DNA from: Eledone cirrhosa
Taxonomy: Eukaryota
Direction: 5' to 3'
DNA: 64,000 nt
Assembly: GCA_964016885.1 (NCBI GenBank)
Contig: OZ024743.1
Location: forward strand, 45,136,001 to 45,200,000
Every line of letters begins with the position of its first letter. The stretch's first letter is position 1. The notes under the pieces are model-generated. The model had not been told where the DNA came from and did not search any database. It saw nothing but the letters and a program-made list of their open reading frames with translations. Made by a program: the position numbers and the translations under genes. Positions 1-12,239 of the stretch are shown one piece after another.

Positions 1-1231
1 AGAAAAAAAGAGAGAGAGAAAATTCAAAAATTCAAAAATATCCAGACACAGGCGAGGCGTACAAACCTCTGTTTTAATGTAGAGGTACTAGTATTTACAA
101 AACCAGCCTCTGCATTGCAAATATCAGTATTCCTGAATGAGATATGTATCCACAATGTGTGAAAATTAATGATCTTATGTTTAGTTTTTTTTTAAAATTC
201 ATGTTTATGTGATAATTACAAACATCTATGTGAATGTACATGATCAATTCTGCAAACCCTAAGTTCACGGAAAGTATTCTCAATGCGGTATAAAAATTTA
301 AGTATACATATATGTGTATATAGAGTCAATATTACTATTTCCGTCTCTACTCTACAAGATTATCTATCAAGCAAAGATAGAGCAGATTTCAACATACTAA
401 TAAAAATAAAAATATATCGGAAACAAAACTAAACTAAAAATAACAATAATAATAATAAGTAATAATAAAATAGAAAACTAAGAAATATTACGAAAGAATA
501 TTACATATTAAAAATATTACATATTAAAAAATTTACATATTAAAAATATTAAAAAATAAAAATTAGGAAATACTACAGTAATAAAAATAAAATAAACCAC
601 AAAGTTCAACCCTTCAGAATTAATTGACAATATATTTTTATTACTGTAGTATTTCCTAATTTTTATTTTTTTATTTTTTAATATTTTTAATATGTAAATT
701 TTTTAATATGTAATATTTTTAATATGTAATATTCTTTCGTAATATTTCTTAGTTTTCTATTTTATTATTACTTATTATTATTATTGTTATTTTTAGTTTA
801 GTTTTGTTTCCGATATATTTTTATTTTTATTAGTATGTTGAAATCTGCTCTATCTTTGCTTGATAGATAATCTTGTAGAGTAGAGACGGAAATAGTAATA
901 TTGACTCTATATACACATATATGTATACTTAAATTTTTATACCGCATTGAGAATACTTTCCGTGAACTTAGGGTTTGCAGAATTGATCATGTACATTCAC
1001 ATAGATGTTTGTAATTATCACATAAACATATGAATTTTAAAAAAAAACTAAACATAAGATCATTAATTTTCACACATTGTGGATACATATCTCATTCAGG
1101 AATACTGATATTTGCAATGCAGAGGCTGGTTTTGTAAATACTAGTACCTCTACATTAAAACAGAGGTTTGTACGCCTCGCCTGTGTCTGGATATTTTTGA
1201 ATTTTTGAATTTTCTCTCTCTCTTTTTTTCT
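1..1231. repeat. Near-perfect long inverted repeat: arms 1-589 and 633-1231, 43-nt spacer; left arm cut by the window edge
   Basis: The right arm reads as the reverse complement of the left with only small indels, e.g. ccagacacaggcgaggcgtacaaacctctg versus cagaggtttgtacgcctcgcctgtgtctgg. Confidence 0.95.
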
Positions 1232-1662
1232 CTCTCTATATTTTTTCTCTCCCTATATAACAGCTGGTTTTCCCTCCATATATCTCCCTTACATTAATAC
1301 TAGAGCTAAATAAATAAATAAATAAATAAATGTATCATTGATACGTTATTCAACAGTTTTATATATGTATCTATCTCTATTTCCTCTCTCTCTCTATATA
1401 TATATATCTCTTTCTGTTTCTTTACATGAAGTTCTTCTCTTTATCTATCTTTCCATCTCTCTATTTTGTTCCATGTATTTCTTCTTTTTCTTTTTCTTCG
1501 TTTTCTGTCTTTCTTTCCTTTTTTCTCTCTTTTTCTCTCTTTCTCTCTCTCTTTCTTTCTCTCTGTGTACAATTTTGTCACAACCAAATCAACCTTCTCC
1601 AATGCAAGTAGATGTTGTTACGGTATGTCGAATCTATTTATCTATAAAACTGTTTATATTGT

Positions 1663-1726
1663 ATTTTGTCTGAGGAAGGCATAGCATATTGTTAATATGT
1701 TATCCCTGAAATATATATAATGAAAT
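1663..1726 (+). ncRNA. Type I hammerhead ribozyme (minimal, palindromic stem III)
   Basis: Stem I ATTTTGT/ATGAAAT; core CTGAGGA; stem II AGG-c-ATAGCATAT...ATATGTTAT-c-CCT; then GAAA TATATA TA. About 140 nt upstream of (TA)n. Confidence 0.75.
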
Positions 1727-1930
1727 AAATATGGTTTTATAAATATAGTTTCCATTTATTTAATATTGTAAATATACTCCAAATATTTGTCGAGTGCTTT
1801 TATATCAGTTATAAATATTTACTAGTTGTAACACAACAATTTAAATATAACTTTCCATATATATATATACATATATATATTAAAATAACAGATTTTAGTC
1901 TTCGTATTTATCATTATTACTATATACAGA

Positions 1931-2119
1931 GGGCGGTGGATTAGCAGTATCGGTGGAGGGTCGGACGCCATGTTTTCCACCATAGTTACGTCCCTTTACG
2001 ATCTGAGTTCAAATCCCGCCGAGGTTGACTTTGCCTTTCATCCTTACGGGGTCGATAAAATAAAGTACCAGTAATGCACTGGGTAATTGCTGGCCTTGTG
2101 CCTAAAGTAGAAACAATTA
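1931..2119 (+). mobile_element. tRNA-derived SINE, main family of this window
   Basis: A-box/B-box-like head (ggcggtggattagcagtatcggt...gagttcaaatccc), conserved core gcctttcatccttacggggtcgataaaataaagtaccagt, tail gtagaaacaattatt. About 15 copies in the window. Confidence 0.85.
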
Positions 2120-2120
2120 T

Positions 2121-2156
<36 letters not shown>

Positions 2157-2483
2157 TAATTAAAATCTCATACACTTAACATGTATGCACGACTTCAGGA
2201 TTCAGGGTCCTGTTAAGGACACCACTATATAGTGGAGGAAACGTTTTAATACTGACCTCTCAGTGGGCGCCAAGACAGAAATATGTGCAAGGGGGAGGGG
2301 TGCTTGTGTGTATATGTTGGATAGGTATCATCGACTAAACTGTTTTAATGCACAACCCCAGCATGAACGCAGTCTAATGACTGAAACCAGAAAATATAAC
2401 AGGATGACAGCTTATAAAAATTCCAACCCGTTTTTAATATAGCCACAGTTTTATTTACTCCTTCAACTTTTCCCCAACCAAAT

Positions 2484-2670
2484 TAATTGTTTCAACCTTT
2501 GGCACAAGGCCAGCAAATACCTAGTGCATTACTGGTACTTTATTTTATCGACCCAGTAAAGATGAAAGGCAACGTTAACCTCGGCGGGATTTAAACTGAG
2601 TATGGCAAGGGCCATAACTCTATGCATCAAAGCATGGCGTCAGACCCTCTACCGATACTGCCAATCCCCA
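2484..2670 (-). mobile_element. SINE, same family; a further 3' fragment lies at about 2794-2868
   Basis: Reverse complement of the 1931-2119 sequence. Confidence 0.85.
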
Positions 2671-3168
2671 ACCAAATTAATACAACGTTGTAATAGTTTT
2701 AACTTTTTCCTTTACTACAATCAGGAATGTTCAAATTGAGGAGATGAAATATATCCGTATTTATTAGATGCCTTGTATTTTCTATACAGCTGTAATAATT
2801 GTTTCTACTTTTGGCACAGGGCCAGCAATTAACTAGTGTATTACTGGTTCTTTATTTTATCGACCCCGTCATAATATAATTCCAGCTGTAATAATATAAT
2901 TCCATTCTATTGGAAAATACTCGGGAATGGTGGAAACAGACTTTTTTTTTTTATTCATTTATTAGACACTTACTATTCTGTATAAAGATTTAGGGAATAA
3001 TAGACTATAATTCGTCGAGAAAAAAATGTATATTTTGTATTTCTTTTTGTCCTGGAATAAAATCACTCAGCCTTTAGTGTAGTGTACTGGAAACACGATT
3101 ATATGGTTAGATCCTTATATCGGGTGATGTGTTGAATCATTCATTAATGAAGGGGCTTCGTTTTATAT

Positions 3169-3169
3169 T

Positions 3170-3234
<65 letters not shown>

Positions 3235-3265
3235 GGTGGTGGCGGTGGTGGTGGCGGCGGTGGTG

Positions 3266-3297
<32 letters not shown>

Positions 3298-3330
3298 GGT
3301 GGTGGTGGTGGTGGTGGTGGTGGTGATGGC

Positions 3331-3408
<78 letters not shown>

Positions 3409-3410
3409 TC

Positions 3411-3487
<77 letters not shown>

Positions 3488-3488
3488 A

Positions 3489-3557
<69 letters not shown>

Positions 3558-3564
3558 CGGTGGC

Positions 3565-3597
<33 letters not shown>

Positions 3598-3606
3598 GGT
3601 GGTGGC

Positions 3607-3645
<39 letters not shown>
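3169..3645. repeat. (TAG)n/(TGG)n compound microsatellite
   Basis: Read directly; accounts for the poly-L/P and poly-V ORFs. Confidence 0.98.
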
Positions 3646-3646
<1 letters not shown>

Positions 3647-3699
3647 TCAGGTTGTAACGAAAGTTCTGTCTATTTTTAAGGCTCAATAAAACAATAAAA

Positions 3700-4530
3700 A
3701 CACAATATCTGAATCATTTCATCGTTAATGTAGTCGCTATTCTTCTCTATAACCTATCTCTATGTCTCAGTAAACATAACATTTTTTTAGGTTTTAAACC
3801 AAAAAAAGAAACTCATTTTCAACTTCTTCTCTTGAAGTAAGTTTTAATCCACTCAAATGATTTTACAAACTTCTTAAGAGATGATAATCTGTTGATGCGA
3901 GGTACCTGGAGTACGGTGGGTGAAGCATAATTTCTCAGGTATATTTTTCTAGATCATTGGTCGTTTGTGCAGTGTGAATTCTAGGGTTATGATGTGGGAT
4001 GACTCATTTTTTTGTTTGTTAATGATAGGTGTTTTTGCTGCAAATCTGCTTTCAAATCTCTTACCTGTTGGCAAACGTCTCCATCAGCTCGTGATGAATT
4101 ATTCCCTACATATCTCACCACACACTCAGAAGAATCTTCCATAGATGTAGGCCACTTCTGGGCTGCTAAGCTGGCTTTTCACGATGAGTGAGCCACTGGT
4201 GTCTTCGCTTAAAATTATGGTAAAATATACATTTCTCATTTCCAGTACTGACTGTTAAAAATGACGTATGCATCTCACGAGAATGCAAGGATGCACAGCA
4301 GTCAACACGTTGTTTGCGATCCTCTGCAAAGAGATCATGCGGAACTTATTCTCCAACTTTTGACACTTTACTGAGTCTTTTTCATGATGAATGGCTGTAT
4401 GGCTCACATTGAAGTTCGTACTTAGTTCCCGAACTGTAACGGTCAGGTTTGCATCCACAGTACATCGGACAAATTGAGGTGGATGGAGACGTGTCATTCG
4501 GTCATACGGCCTTATCTATCGAGTTTCATG
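3700..4530 (-). pseudogene. Decayed mariner (Tc1/mariner) transposase
   Basis: Minus-strand fragments TVRELSTNFNVSHTAIHH (HTH), STGNEKCIFYHN (cf. TGDEKW) and HPPYSRYLASTDYHLLRSL (cf. HPPYSPDLAPSDYHLF), separated by stops and frameshifts. Confidence 0.8.
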
Positions 4531-5199
4531 CTGCTCTGACGAATTGTAGGAAACAGAGTCACATCAGACTCACCTAAGATTGTACTTTTGTGCAGGAGTT
4601 TCGTCATCTACTTCGGTGGGTGACCTCAATTAGCTCTGGTTTCGCAGTGGAAGGGGCCAAAACACCTACTGAGTTACTTCATCGCTTGAGAAAACATCGA
4701 CTTTTCTATTTGGAGACGGAATACACAGATCTGTGTTTACCAAACATCACACATTTCTCCATCTCTCTTAACGTTTGTAAATCCTGAAACTTGTGAAACG
4801 GGTAAATATATAGGTTATTGTAAATTATCCTTCTTAAAGACTCCAATTGCATTTCCAACTTTATATATATACTAACACAGTCTATTTATCAAATGTATGA
4901 AACAAATTTCAGAGTGAACGTTAACATATACGAAATTAGATAAAGACATATTTAACATTGATTAATACTTGTCTAGGTATTACAATAGGAATCAGAACTA
5001 CCTCCTTTGGTATCGAGTAATAAGGTAGTATTTGTTCGATCAACGAAACTGATTAACGGTATCCTTGATGAAATTCTGGATGAAATTCAGCAGGAAAGTT
5101 TGTGTGGCGAAGTCAATATGGCGGGCTTCAAATTAGTCTCTGTAAAAACCCAACTTTACTTGTGATGGCTGGATTGACCTGATGCTGTAGTAACGAAAG

Positions 5200-5550
5200 C
5201 ATTAATAATAATTTCTAATTTTGTCACAAGCCTAATAATTTCGGGGGCGGGGTCGTAGTCTATTATATCGACTTCTGTACTTTATTGTTACTTTATTTTG
5301 TAGACCTCCAGAATGATGGAAGTCAAAGTTTACCTAGGCAGGATTTGAACTCGTAACGTAAAGAGCCAGAATAAATATTTCTAAGCATTTATTCTATGTT
5401 GTAACGACTCTACCAATACGCCCTTACAACGAAAGAGTTAATTCTTTCTAACATTGGTACATTGACGGAAGATAAAAGTCGATTAATTTTATTGACCTCG
5501 GAAGTATGAAATGAGAAGTTGACCTAGGTAAGATTTGAACTCAGAACGTA
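5200..5550 (-). mobile_element. Two old, diverged SINE copies or fragments
   Basis: Degenerate matches to the SINE core and to ggatttgaactcagaacgtaa. Confidence 0.6.
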
Positions 5551-5894
5551 ATGCCTGACTAATTGTTGTGTTTCGGGAACTTGAGGTGTTGAAAACAACA
5601 ACTTTTGCAGATTTAGTTTCGAGACACCACGAAAACTAGTTATTTTTGGTACAAGTAGAGATTAGTATTCTAGGAAAATAAACATTTGGGTCTAGAATTT
5701 CGTGGATACATAATTGTAATAAAACGAAACGTTAATTCTGAATATTATAAACACCTCCATTTCCATCTCCACAAGTGACCCCAACAACCATATTTTTCTT
5801 ACACTCTCCTGTAACCACAACGTCTGCATCTTCATATCCGCCCGGTTTCATACATTATTGAGTCGTTTTTAATGAATACATAGCTAATATATAT

Positions 5895-6104
<210 letters not shown>

Positions 6105-6221
6105 CCTATGAATTCCATTAGTGTTTCACCTGATTCCATACATATATCTTTGATAGATTAGCGAAAATAAAAGAAACAAAATAAAATTGGAAGTTAAATT
6201 AATTTTACACAACTTATGACA

Positions 6222-6410
6222 TTAATTGTTTCTACTTTTGGCACAAGGCCAGCAATTACCCAGTGCATTACTGGTACTTTATTTTATCGACCCCGTAGGA
6301 TGAAAGGCAAAGTTAACCTCGGCGGGATTTGAACCCAGACCGTAAAGGGACGTAACTGTGCTCGAAAGCATGGCGTCCGACCCTTCACAGACACTGCCTA
6401 TTCGCCGCCC
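6222..6410 (-). mobile_element. Full-length SINE
   Basis: Family match; flanked by tgacattaat/tgacataat, a probable target-site duplication (TSD). Confidence 0.85.
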
Positions 6411-6963
6411 TTTGACATAATGAATGCCAATCTGTTGGAAAGTTAAACCCTCGGAAGCTGCTGCTGGTGCTGCTGCTGCTGCTGCAATTGGTACTAACGT
6501 TATAACTGAGTGAAGGGGAGCTTACTCAAGAACACTATGGAACGCAGAGTTGGAGAGCCGAATCCACAACCTTAGGAACGTAAGTACAACACTCTAACCA
6601 GAAGGCTGCAACCAATCCTCATTTTACGACCACCTTGTTTAATGTCGGCTCATACTTAGGACAATATACTCATGTACGCTTAATCCAATAGCTCGTTTAG
6701 TCGTGTACAGTATTGTAAGAAATGATTAATTTAATTTCCATCTAATTATGGTGGGCCGATTGCCATAATTAATCAAGACATAGCACTAATGAGGAATTGC
6801 TGCTAATATTGTTTAATAATCGTAAATCAGATTGCTATAGAACTTTAGTCGCAGTTGACTATACAACCACTTTAATAAAATGAGCAATTATAGATCTTAA
6901 TGTTACATTGCCTTCGACCATGTATTTACTCTAAAGATTCATATATAGAGTGTGTTCTAATAT

Positions 6964-7112
6964 AACTGTTTCTACATTTGGCACAAGGCCAGCAATTACC
7001 CAGTGCATTACTGGTACTTTATTTTATCGACCTCGTAAGGATGAAAGGCAAAGTTAACCTCGGTGGGATTGGAACTCAGAATGGCAAGGGCCGTAACTCT
7101 CTATGCGTCAAA
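6964..7112 (-). mobile_element. SINE lacking its head, abutting the PLE
   Basis: Family match that stops at the PLE junction. Confidence 0.8.
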
Positions 7113-9200
7113 GGATTTCGAAACTGATGTCATCCTCAATGCCCGTAAGTCGGTGATAATTTCGACGACTCTATTTGAATAAAAAAATCTAATAGTACCC
7201 CATTCGACGTGAGTATGGGTGCCAGCGATTCGGCGGAGGTTACTAATCATATCGGCCTTTTCCTTCTTTTCTCTATCAAGGAAGATTTCCGCAATGTGGG
7301 CGGTGGTTTGTACCGTGATGATGGTCTTTTGAACATGACAAAGTGTGGTCCACGCGCTTGCGACAGGTTCAGAAAAGAACTCACAGCCTTCTTTAAAGGC
7401 TTCAACCTCTCGATACAGGTTGAGGCCAACCTCTCGGTCGTTAATTACCTCGACTTTATCCTCAATTTATCGAATGGCTTGCACTACCCGTATAGAAAGG
7501 TGAATGATACGCTTAATTACATAAGTAAGCATTCTAACCATCCTGCCAGCATAACCAAAAATCTGGTAAGAAACGTTTCTTTGGGGCTTTCCCGTCTATC
7601 TACAAACGAGCATATTTTCACTGACCATTCCACATATTACAATGAAGCTCTTGCTCGGAGTAGATTTGTCGATAAGGTAGCATATACTAAGTATGAGCAT
7701 AGACCAAGCAAAAATAGATCCCGACGCATTATATGGTATAACCTACCATATATTATGGAGGTGGCCACACCATTAGCTAAGATGTTTCTTTCCCTTATTA
7801 AGATGCATTTCCCTTCAGCACATAAATATAATAAAAATGTTAATAGAAATACCATTAAAATATCTTACTCTACGACTCCTAACCTTGCACATAAATTACC
7901 TAGCCGTAGGAACACGTGCAACCCTGTAGCTAGTACTAACTGTAATTGTAGGAATCGGGTTGACTGCCCTCTATCCGGGAAATGCCTCTCCAGTAACATT
8001 GTCTACAAAAGTAAGGTCGAAACGCCCACGTCCCGTAGGTCCTACATAGGGTTAACCGCCAATAGATTCAAGCAGCGTCTTTACATGCACACCAATTCTT
8101 TTCTTAACCCTTTAAGAAGGAATATGACGTTAATTTCAGCTTATATCTGGAGTCTAAAAGACAACCCCACCCAATATAGGTCACATTGGGAGATGCTAGC
8201 TGAGACTAGATCGTATACCGAAAATAAAAGACCATGCTATCTTTGCGCCGCTGAAGCCCTGGAAATACTCTACGCCAATGACCACATCTTAAACAAAAAT
8301 CTGAGGCAATTTCGGCTTGGAAACATAAATTGCATAAAACCTTCCTGTACTACAGCCCCACATTATACCCTAACTGATAGTACGAACAATACGCGGATAA
8401 TTTACGTCTTGATGTGGTAGCTAATTATATTTTATGTTTATACCATTACTTATTTGTATAGGTAAGTATACCTTACCTGTATGTTTTGTGAAGGTACGTA
8501 TACTTTCTCGTACGTATATTTGCTTGTATTTATTATAGGTGTATATATTATATTATATATACTGGTACATGTGTATATGGTTATGTGTATATGTGTACGT
8601 TGTGTTTTGGTTGACATACGTTTACAGAACATATGTGTATTAGGTATGTGTGTGTGTTACCTACGTATTTATGTCTGTATATTTATATACGTTTATATAT
8701 TTATATGTATACACACATGCGTGGATGCGTGTATGTATATATTTAATTATTGTTGATTTCAATAACTTCTGTCATTCTACTAATTTATTTACATTATTTT
8801 TACTTTGAAGCCGAGAATCATTCGGTTTCCTAAATAGAATATTAGTCTACGACTTCATTTATACCATAAACGTGGTTTTGTCTTTGCGTGTAATTGTTCT
8901 CTACGGCAACATAATGACGTATTATCTTCGCTTTTTTACGTTCATTGCCAGGGAACGTCTCCACGAACCAAAGTATCGTCTTCCTGTTTTCCTACGGTTG
9001 CAACGTTTTTCGAAATATTTATTTCTGCGTTCACAGATTGATTTTTTTAGTTTCAGAAGATCCCCTTAAGGGTGAAAAAGCGATTCTTTGCTTAAACATT
9101 AATCAGTTATTTTAATAAATAATTGGTCTAGAGTTCTTATATATTTGATATATATGTTTTGGATTTTAGTCTTCAAATATATTATTATTACTATATATAT
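7113..9200 (+). mobile_element. 5'-truncated Penelope-like retroelement, copy A
   Basis: Contains ORF 7209-8420 and a 3' UTR ending ggattttagtcttc...ttattactatata before (TA)n. Solo copies of this end occur at about 1890-1920, 11730-11762, 24431-24460 and 31072-31105. Confidence 0.85.
7209..8420 (+). CDS. PLE reverse transcriptase C-terminal half plus GIY-YIG endonuclease (truncated, probably dead)
   Basis: MGASDSAE, GGGLYRDDGL, NYLDF.LNL, SNHP, CNCRNRVDCPLSGKCL (CxCx5C), IVYK..SYIG, FKQR..H, CYLC..E. Confidence 0.9.
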   Translation: MSMGASDSAEVTNHIGLFLLFSIKEDFRNVGGGLYRDDGLLNMTKCGPRACDRFRKELTAFFKGFNLSIQVEANLSVVNYLDFILNLSNGLHYPYRKVNDTLNYISKHSNHPASITKNLVRNVSLGLSRLSTNEHIFTDHSTYYNEALARSRFVDKVAYTKYEHRPSKNRSRRIIWYNLPYIMEVATPLAKMFLSLIKMHFPSAHKYNKNVNRNTIKISYSTTPNLAHKLPSRRNTCNPVASTNCNCRNRVDCPLSGKCLSSNIVYKSKVETPTSRRSYIGLTANRFKQRLYMHTNSFLNPLRRNMTLISAYIWSLKDNPTQYRSHWEMLAETRSYTENKRPCYLCAAEALEILYANDHILNKNLRQFRLGNINCIKPSCTTAPHYTLTDSTNNTRIIYVLMW

Positions 9201-9306
9201 ATATAGTAATATATATACATAAATATAGTATATATTTATATATATATATATTTATATATGAAATATATGAAATATAAGAATCAAAGAACTGTTCAAAACA
9301 TTTTTA

Positions 9307-9353
9307 TGCTTACAACTGTTTCCTCCAAACCGAGGTTTGGATTCTTCGGAGCA
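9307..9353 (-). ncRNA. Hammerhead ribozyme candidate (U4C core variant)
   Basis: Minus strand: TGCT CCGAAGA aTCCAAACC-tc-GGTTTGGAg GAAA CAGTTG TA AGCA. GUA cleavage triplet; near the end of a (TA)n-flanked segment at about 9270-10150. Confidence 0.6.
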
Positions 9354-10145
9354 ATTTATTATTGAATGAACACTTATATAACCTCCTTTTCACCCAAGAG
9401 ACATACAGATACATATGCAAATACTGTGGGTCAACATTCATTACAGCATTTAGAGTGGCAGTACACACTTAGAGATTACATTCATATTAAAAGATACAAT
9501 CAAAAATACAGGTTAAAATACAACATGAAAATAAGCGGTTATATAGTGCAAGTGTTATATGTGTGGCAAGCACGTGCGTCTTGTTTATATAGTGTGGCAG
9601 AGAGTTACGTGTAGTAGAAGAACTTAAGTAGGTAAACAAGAGTGTTAGGTTGGTTGATCTGGTGGCAAATTATTTATATGATTGTTATAGTCTGTGTGTG
9701 GAGAAATAATATAGGCATTAAAAATAGTGCAAGCATTAAAAATATTTAAAATATTGGAAATGCACAGCGAAGGGATGATATGGACTTCATGTACTCCGAC
9801 ATTTTCATAGTCTGGGGAGTTTATTTTTCAGATTATATGCCCCTCACATAATCCACGACAATTCGATATTGAGCGTTTGACAATCCAGTTAGAGAATCGT
9901 AGTCTGATGTTCTTTAGTTCAATACAGGAGGATGTTACGTTTCGAGAATCGACATTGAAATACTACCCGGACGTGTGTGTGTGGCTAAGGGGAATTAATG
10001 CATGAGGGGAGGTAACTCCGAGGTTTCTATTACTAGCTATTGAAATGTGTCTCAAAATAGACCCTAACTTCCATGGTTATGCGGAATTTCTTAAAACTTC
10101 TAAAGCTTAAAGTGTTTTAACCATAGGGTAGTCTAATTAATACTA

Positions 10146-10223
<78 letters not shown>

Positions 10224-10224
10224 G

Positions 10225-10305
<81 letters not shown>

Positions 10306-10308
<3 letters not shown>

Positions 10309-10427
10309 CAATAATAATGAGTTCAAATCTCAGGCGATCATTTACAATGAAATAGCTCGAAATACTCTTTCTTCGAGCTATTTCATTGTAAATGATCGCC
10401 TGAGATTTGAACTCATTATTATTGATT
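10306..10427. repeat. Perfect hairpin with arms of about 56 bp, at the start of a (TA)n-flanked element (10306-10900)
   Basis: aatcaataataatgagttc...gctcgaa, 10-nt loop, ttcgagc...tattattgatt. Confidence 0.95.
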
Positions 10428-10590
10428 TTTCACTGCTCCTTCGTTGAGCTGAATTTAGCCCCATACAAACGGCTGTTATTTCTAGCAGCACGAGTATATG
10501 GCTAGCTAGACACTGGATAACCGCATGAGGTTACCTCGTGCGCTAAACAGTCTTCCTAAATATTTTGAAGTGGAACATACTAATTTTTAT

Positions 10591-10722
10591 AGTGCTTGCT
10601 GAGGAGATCAAAATGCGGTATTTTCTTCCACTTTTTCATTATTCGAAACATATTTGGATTTTAAGGTTTAAACCTGTCTACGGAACAGGTTTGATTTTGA
10701 AATTTAAATTTGTCCAAGCACT
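10591..10722 (+). ncRNA. Type I hammerhead ribozyme with a very long stem III
   Basis: Stem I AGTGCTTG/CAAGCACT (8 bp perfect); CTGAGGA; GAAA at 10645. Stem III of about 28 bp includes AAACCTGT/ACAGGTTT and six G-U pairs. GUC triplet, predicted cut after 10714. Stem II is weaker. Confidence 0.8.
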
Positions 10723-10897
10723 ACGGCCATTGCCAATACAATTTGTTTTTGTTGATTTATGATGTATTATCTTAAGTTATGATAGGCAAACTGTAATATT
10801 ATTATTAGTATATTTCTATCTAGTTAACTTGGTCATTTACAATACAAACATAAATATGAGGGTATTTGTGTTTATCAAATATATTGATTTATATTAA

Positions 10898-10963
<66 letters not shown>

Positions 10964-11000
10964 TGTATGTATGTATGTATGTATGTATGTATGTATGTAT

Positions 11001-11566
11001 GCTACTGGTAACATGTAGCCCAGTACAACCTGTCGTATGGTCGGGTCATTGGCGACTAAACCGGCAACCCCACAAAGTTTACTTGGTGAGGAGGGTGATT
11101 TTGGACGCCCTGCAGTACAGAAAACAAAACCTGACAAAGGGCAGAAGAACTCATGAGAGTCAACAGCCATGCAAATATGTGTAAATATGTATGTACACAT
11201 GTACATATGTATGTATATGCGCGAGGACATAGAAATAGTCAGGCTGGATACCCGATCGCGCAGTTAAACCACTGAGAGTGAAGGACTCCTAGCATTTGTC
11301 AGGGCATACTTCTAGGAGAAGGGAGAAGGCAACTCAGGAAATTGGGATAACTCCGATATAAAACCTGCGGCTCAGTAATTACCGATGATGTTGATCTTTT
11401 CTTCTTTTCGGGTTATAGCTACTGTCGCTCAGAGAGTGGGATTGGCTCAGTGCACAGTCATTCCTAACTTTAAAAAATATCTTCACGCACAGGCATTGCA
11501 CGATAGAATGAATTAATAATGGTATATCGTGTAATGGCCATACTCGATAACGAGGGGGCAGCCATC

Positions 11567-11570
<4 letters not shown>
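11001..11570 (+). mobile_element. Non-autonomous element of about 570 bp in (TATG)n, with RTE-like 5' sequence
   Basis: Related copies at 13366-13985 (-), 14200-14310 and 17890-18460 (-). Motif ctaggagaagg(aaaactctga) resembles RTE 5' regions as I recall them. All copies abut (TACA)/(TATG) arrays. Confidence 0.55.
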
Positions 11571-11621
<51 letters not shown>

Positions 11622-11824
11622 GCAGATAAAAGTTTAAGCAAAGAATCGCTGCTTTCACCCTTAACGGGATCTTCAGAAGATCCCGTTAAGGGTGAAATCT
11701 GATATACATATATCCTTATCGAACCCTATTTGGATTTTAGTCTTCACATTTATTATTATTACTATATGTATATATATATAAGAAACTATGAAGTTTCGTT
11801 TACATGTATCTAGATTTTTATTAT

Positions 11825-11910
11825 GTATCGACCTGTTATGCGCGTTTCGCAAAGGATTGGTTTAGGGTCACCCATAGAAGTTATGGGCCTGCTTTTCAGA
11901 CTAGCGATAC
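11825..11910 (-). ncRNA. Degenerate hammerhead-like motif (core CTGAAAA, A at position 8)
   Basis: Minus strand: gtatcg..gt CTGAAAA GCA-ggcccata..tatggg..-TGC GAAA CGCGCA TA ac..cgatac. Confidence 0.4.
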
Positions 11911-11951
11911 GACAAAAAATATAGTTTTTTTTTAATTACCTGCACTATAAT

Positions 11952-11998
<47 letters not shown>

Positions 11999-12239
11999 CA
12001 GAAGAATGTTGCTTATCAGTAGTTGTTATATCGTAACTTCTTGAGGATAAGCCGGTCCGAACGATCCAAAAGCACTTCACTTCAGTAGTTTATCCCAGGT
12101 AACTGTTGGCGATTAGGAGTGACGGAGTATTCATTTATCAAATAAAAGTAAAGACGGGATTATTTCACCATAGTTGTATTATTGCGTGATATACCGTATA
12201 TGCCGACGTACAAGTCGACATTTGGAGCGTAAAAATCTC

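Noticed and set aside
133-175. CTGAATGA...GAAA within the large palindrome
   Set aside because: Extra core base, weak stem II and no stem I.
1931-2020. tRNA genes at SINE heads
   Set aside because: Only A/B-box-like remnants fused to the SINE core; no cloverleaf could be folded.
9780-10130. Possible decayed PLE GIY-YIG sequence on the minus strand upstream of the 9307 hammerhead
   Set aside because: Only faint motifs (VVFQC); too degenerate to support as a feature.
11001-11070. HDV-like ribozyme at the 5' end of the RTE-like element (ccagt...ggcgactaaac)
   Set aside because: P2/P4-like pieces are visible, but P1 and P3 could not be assigned by hand.
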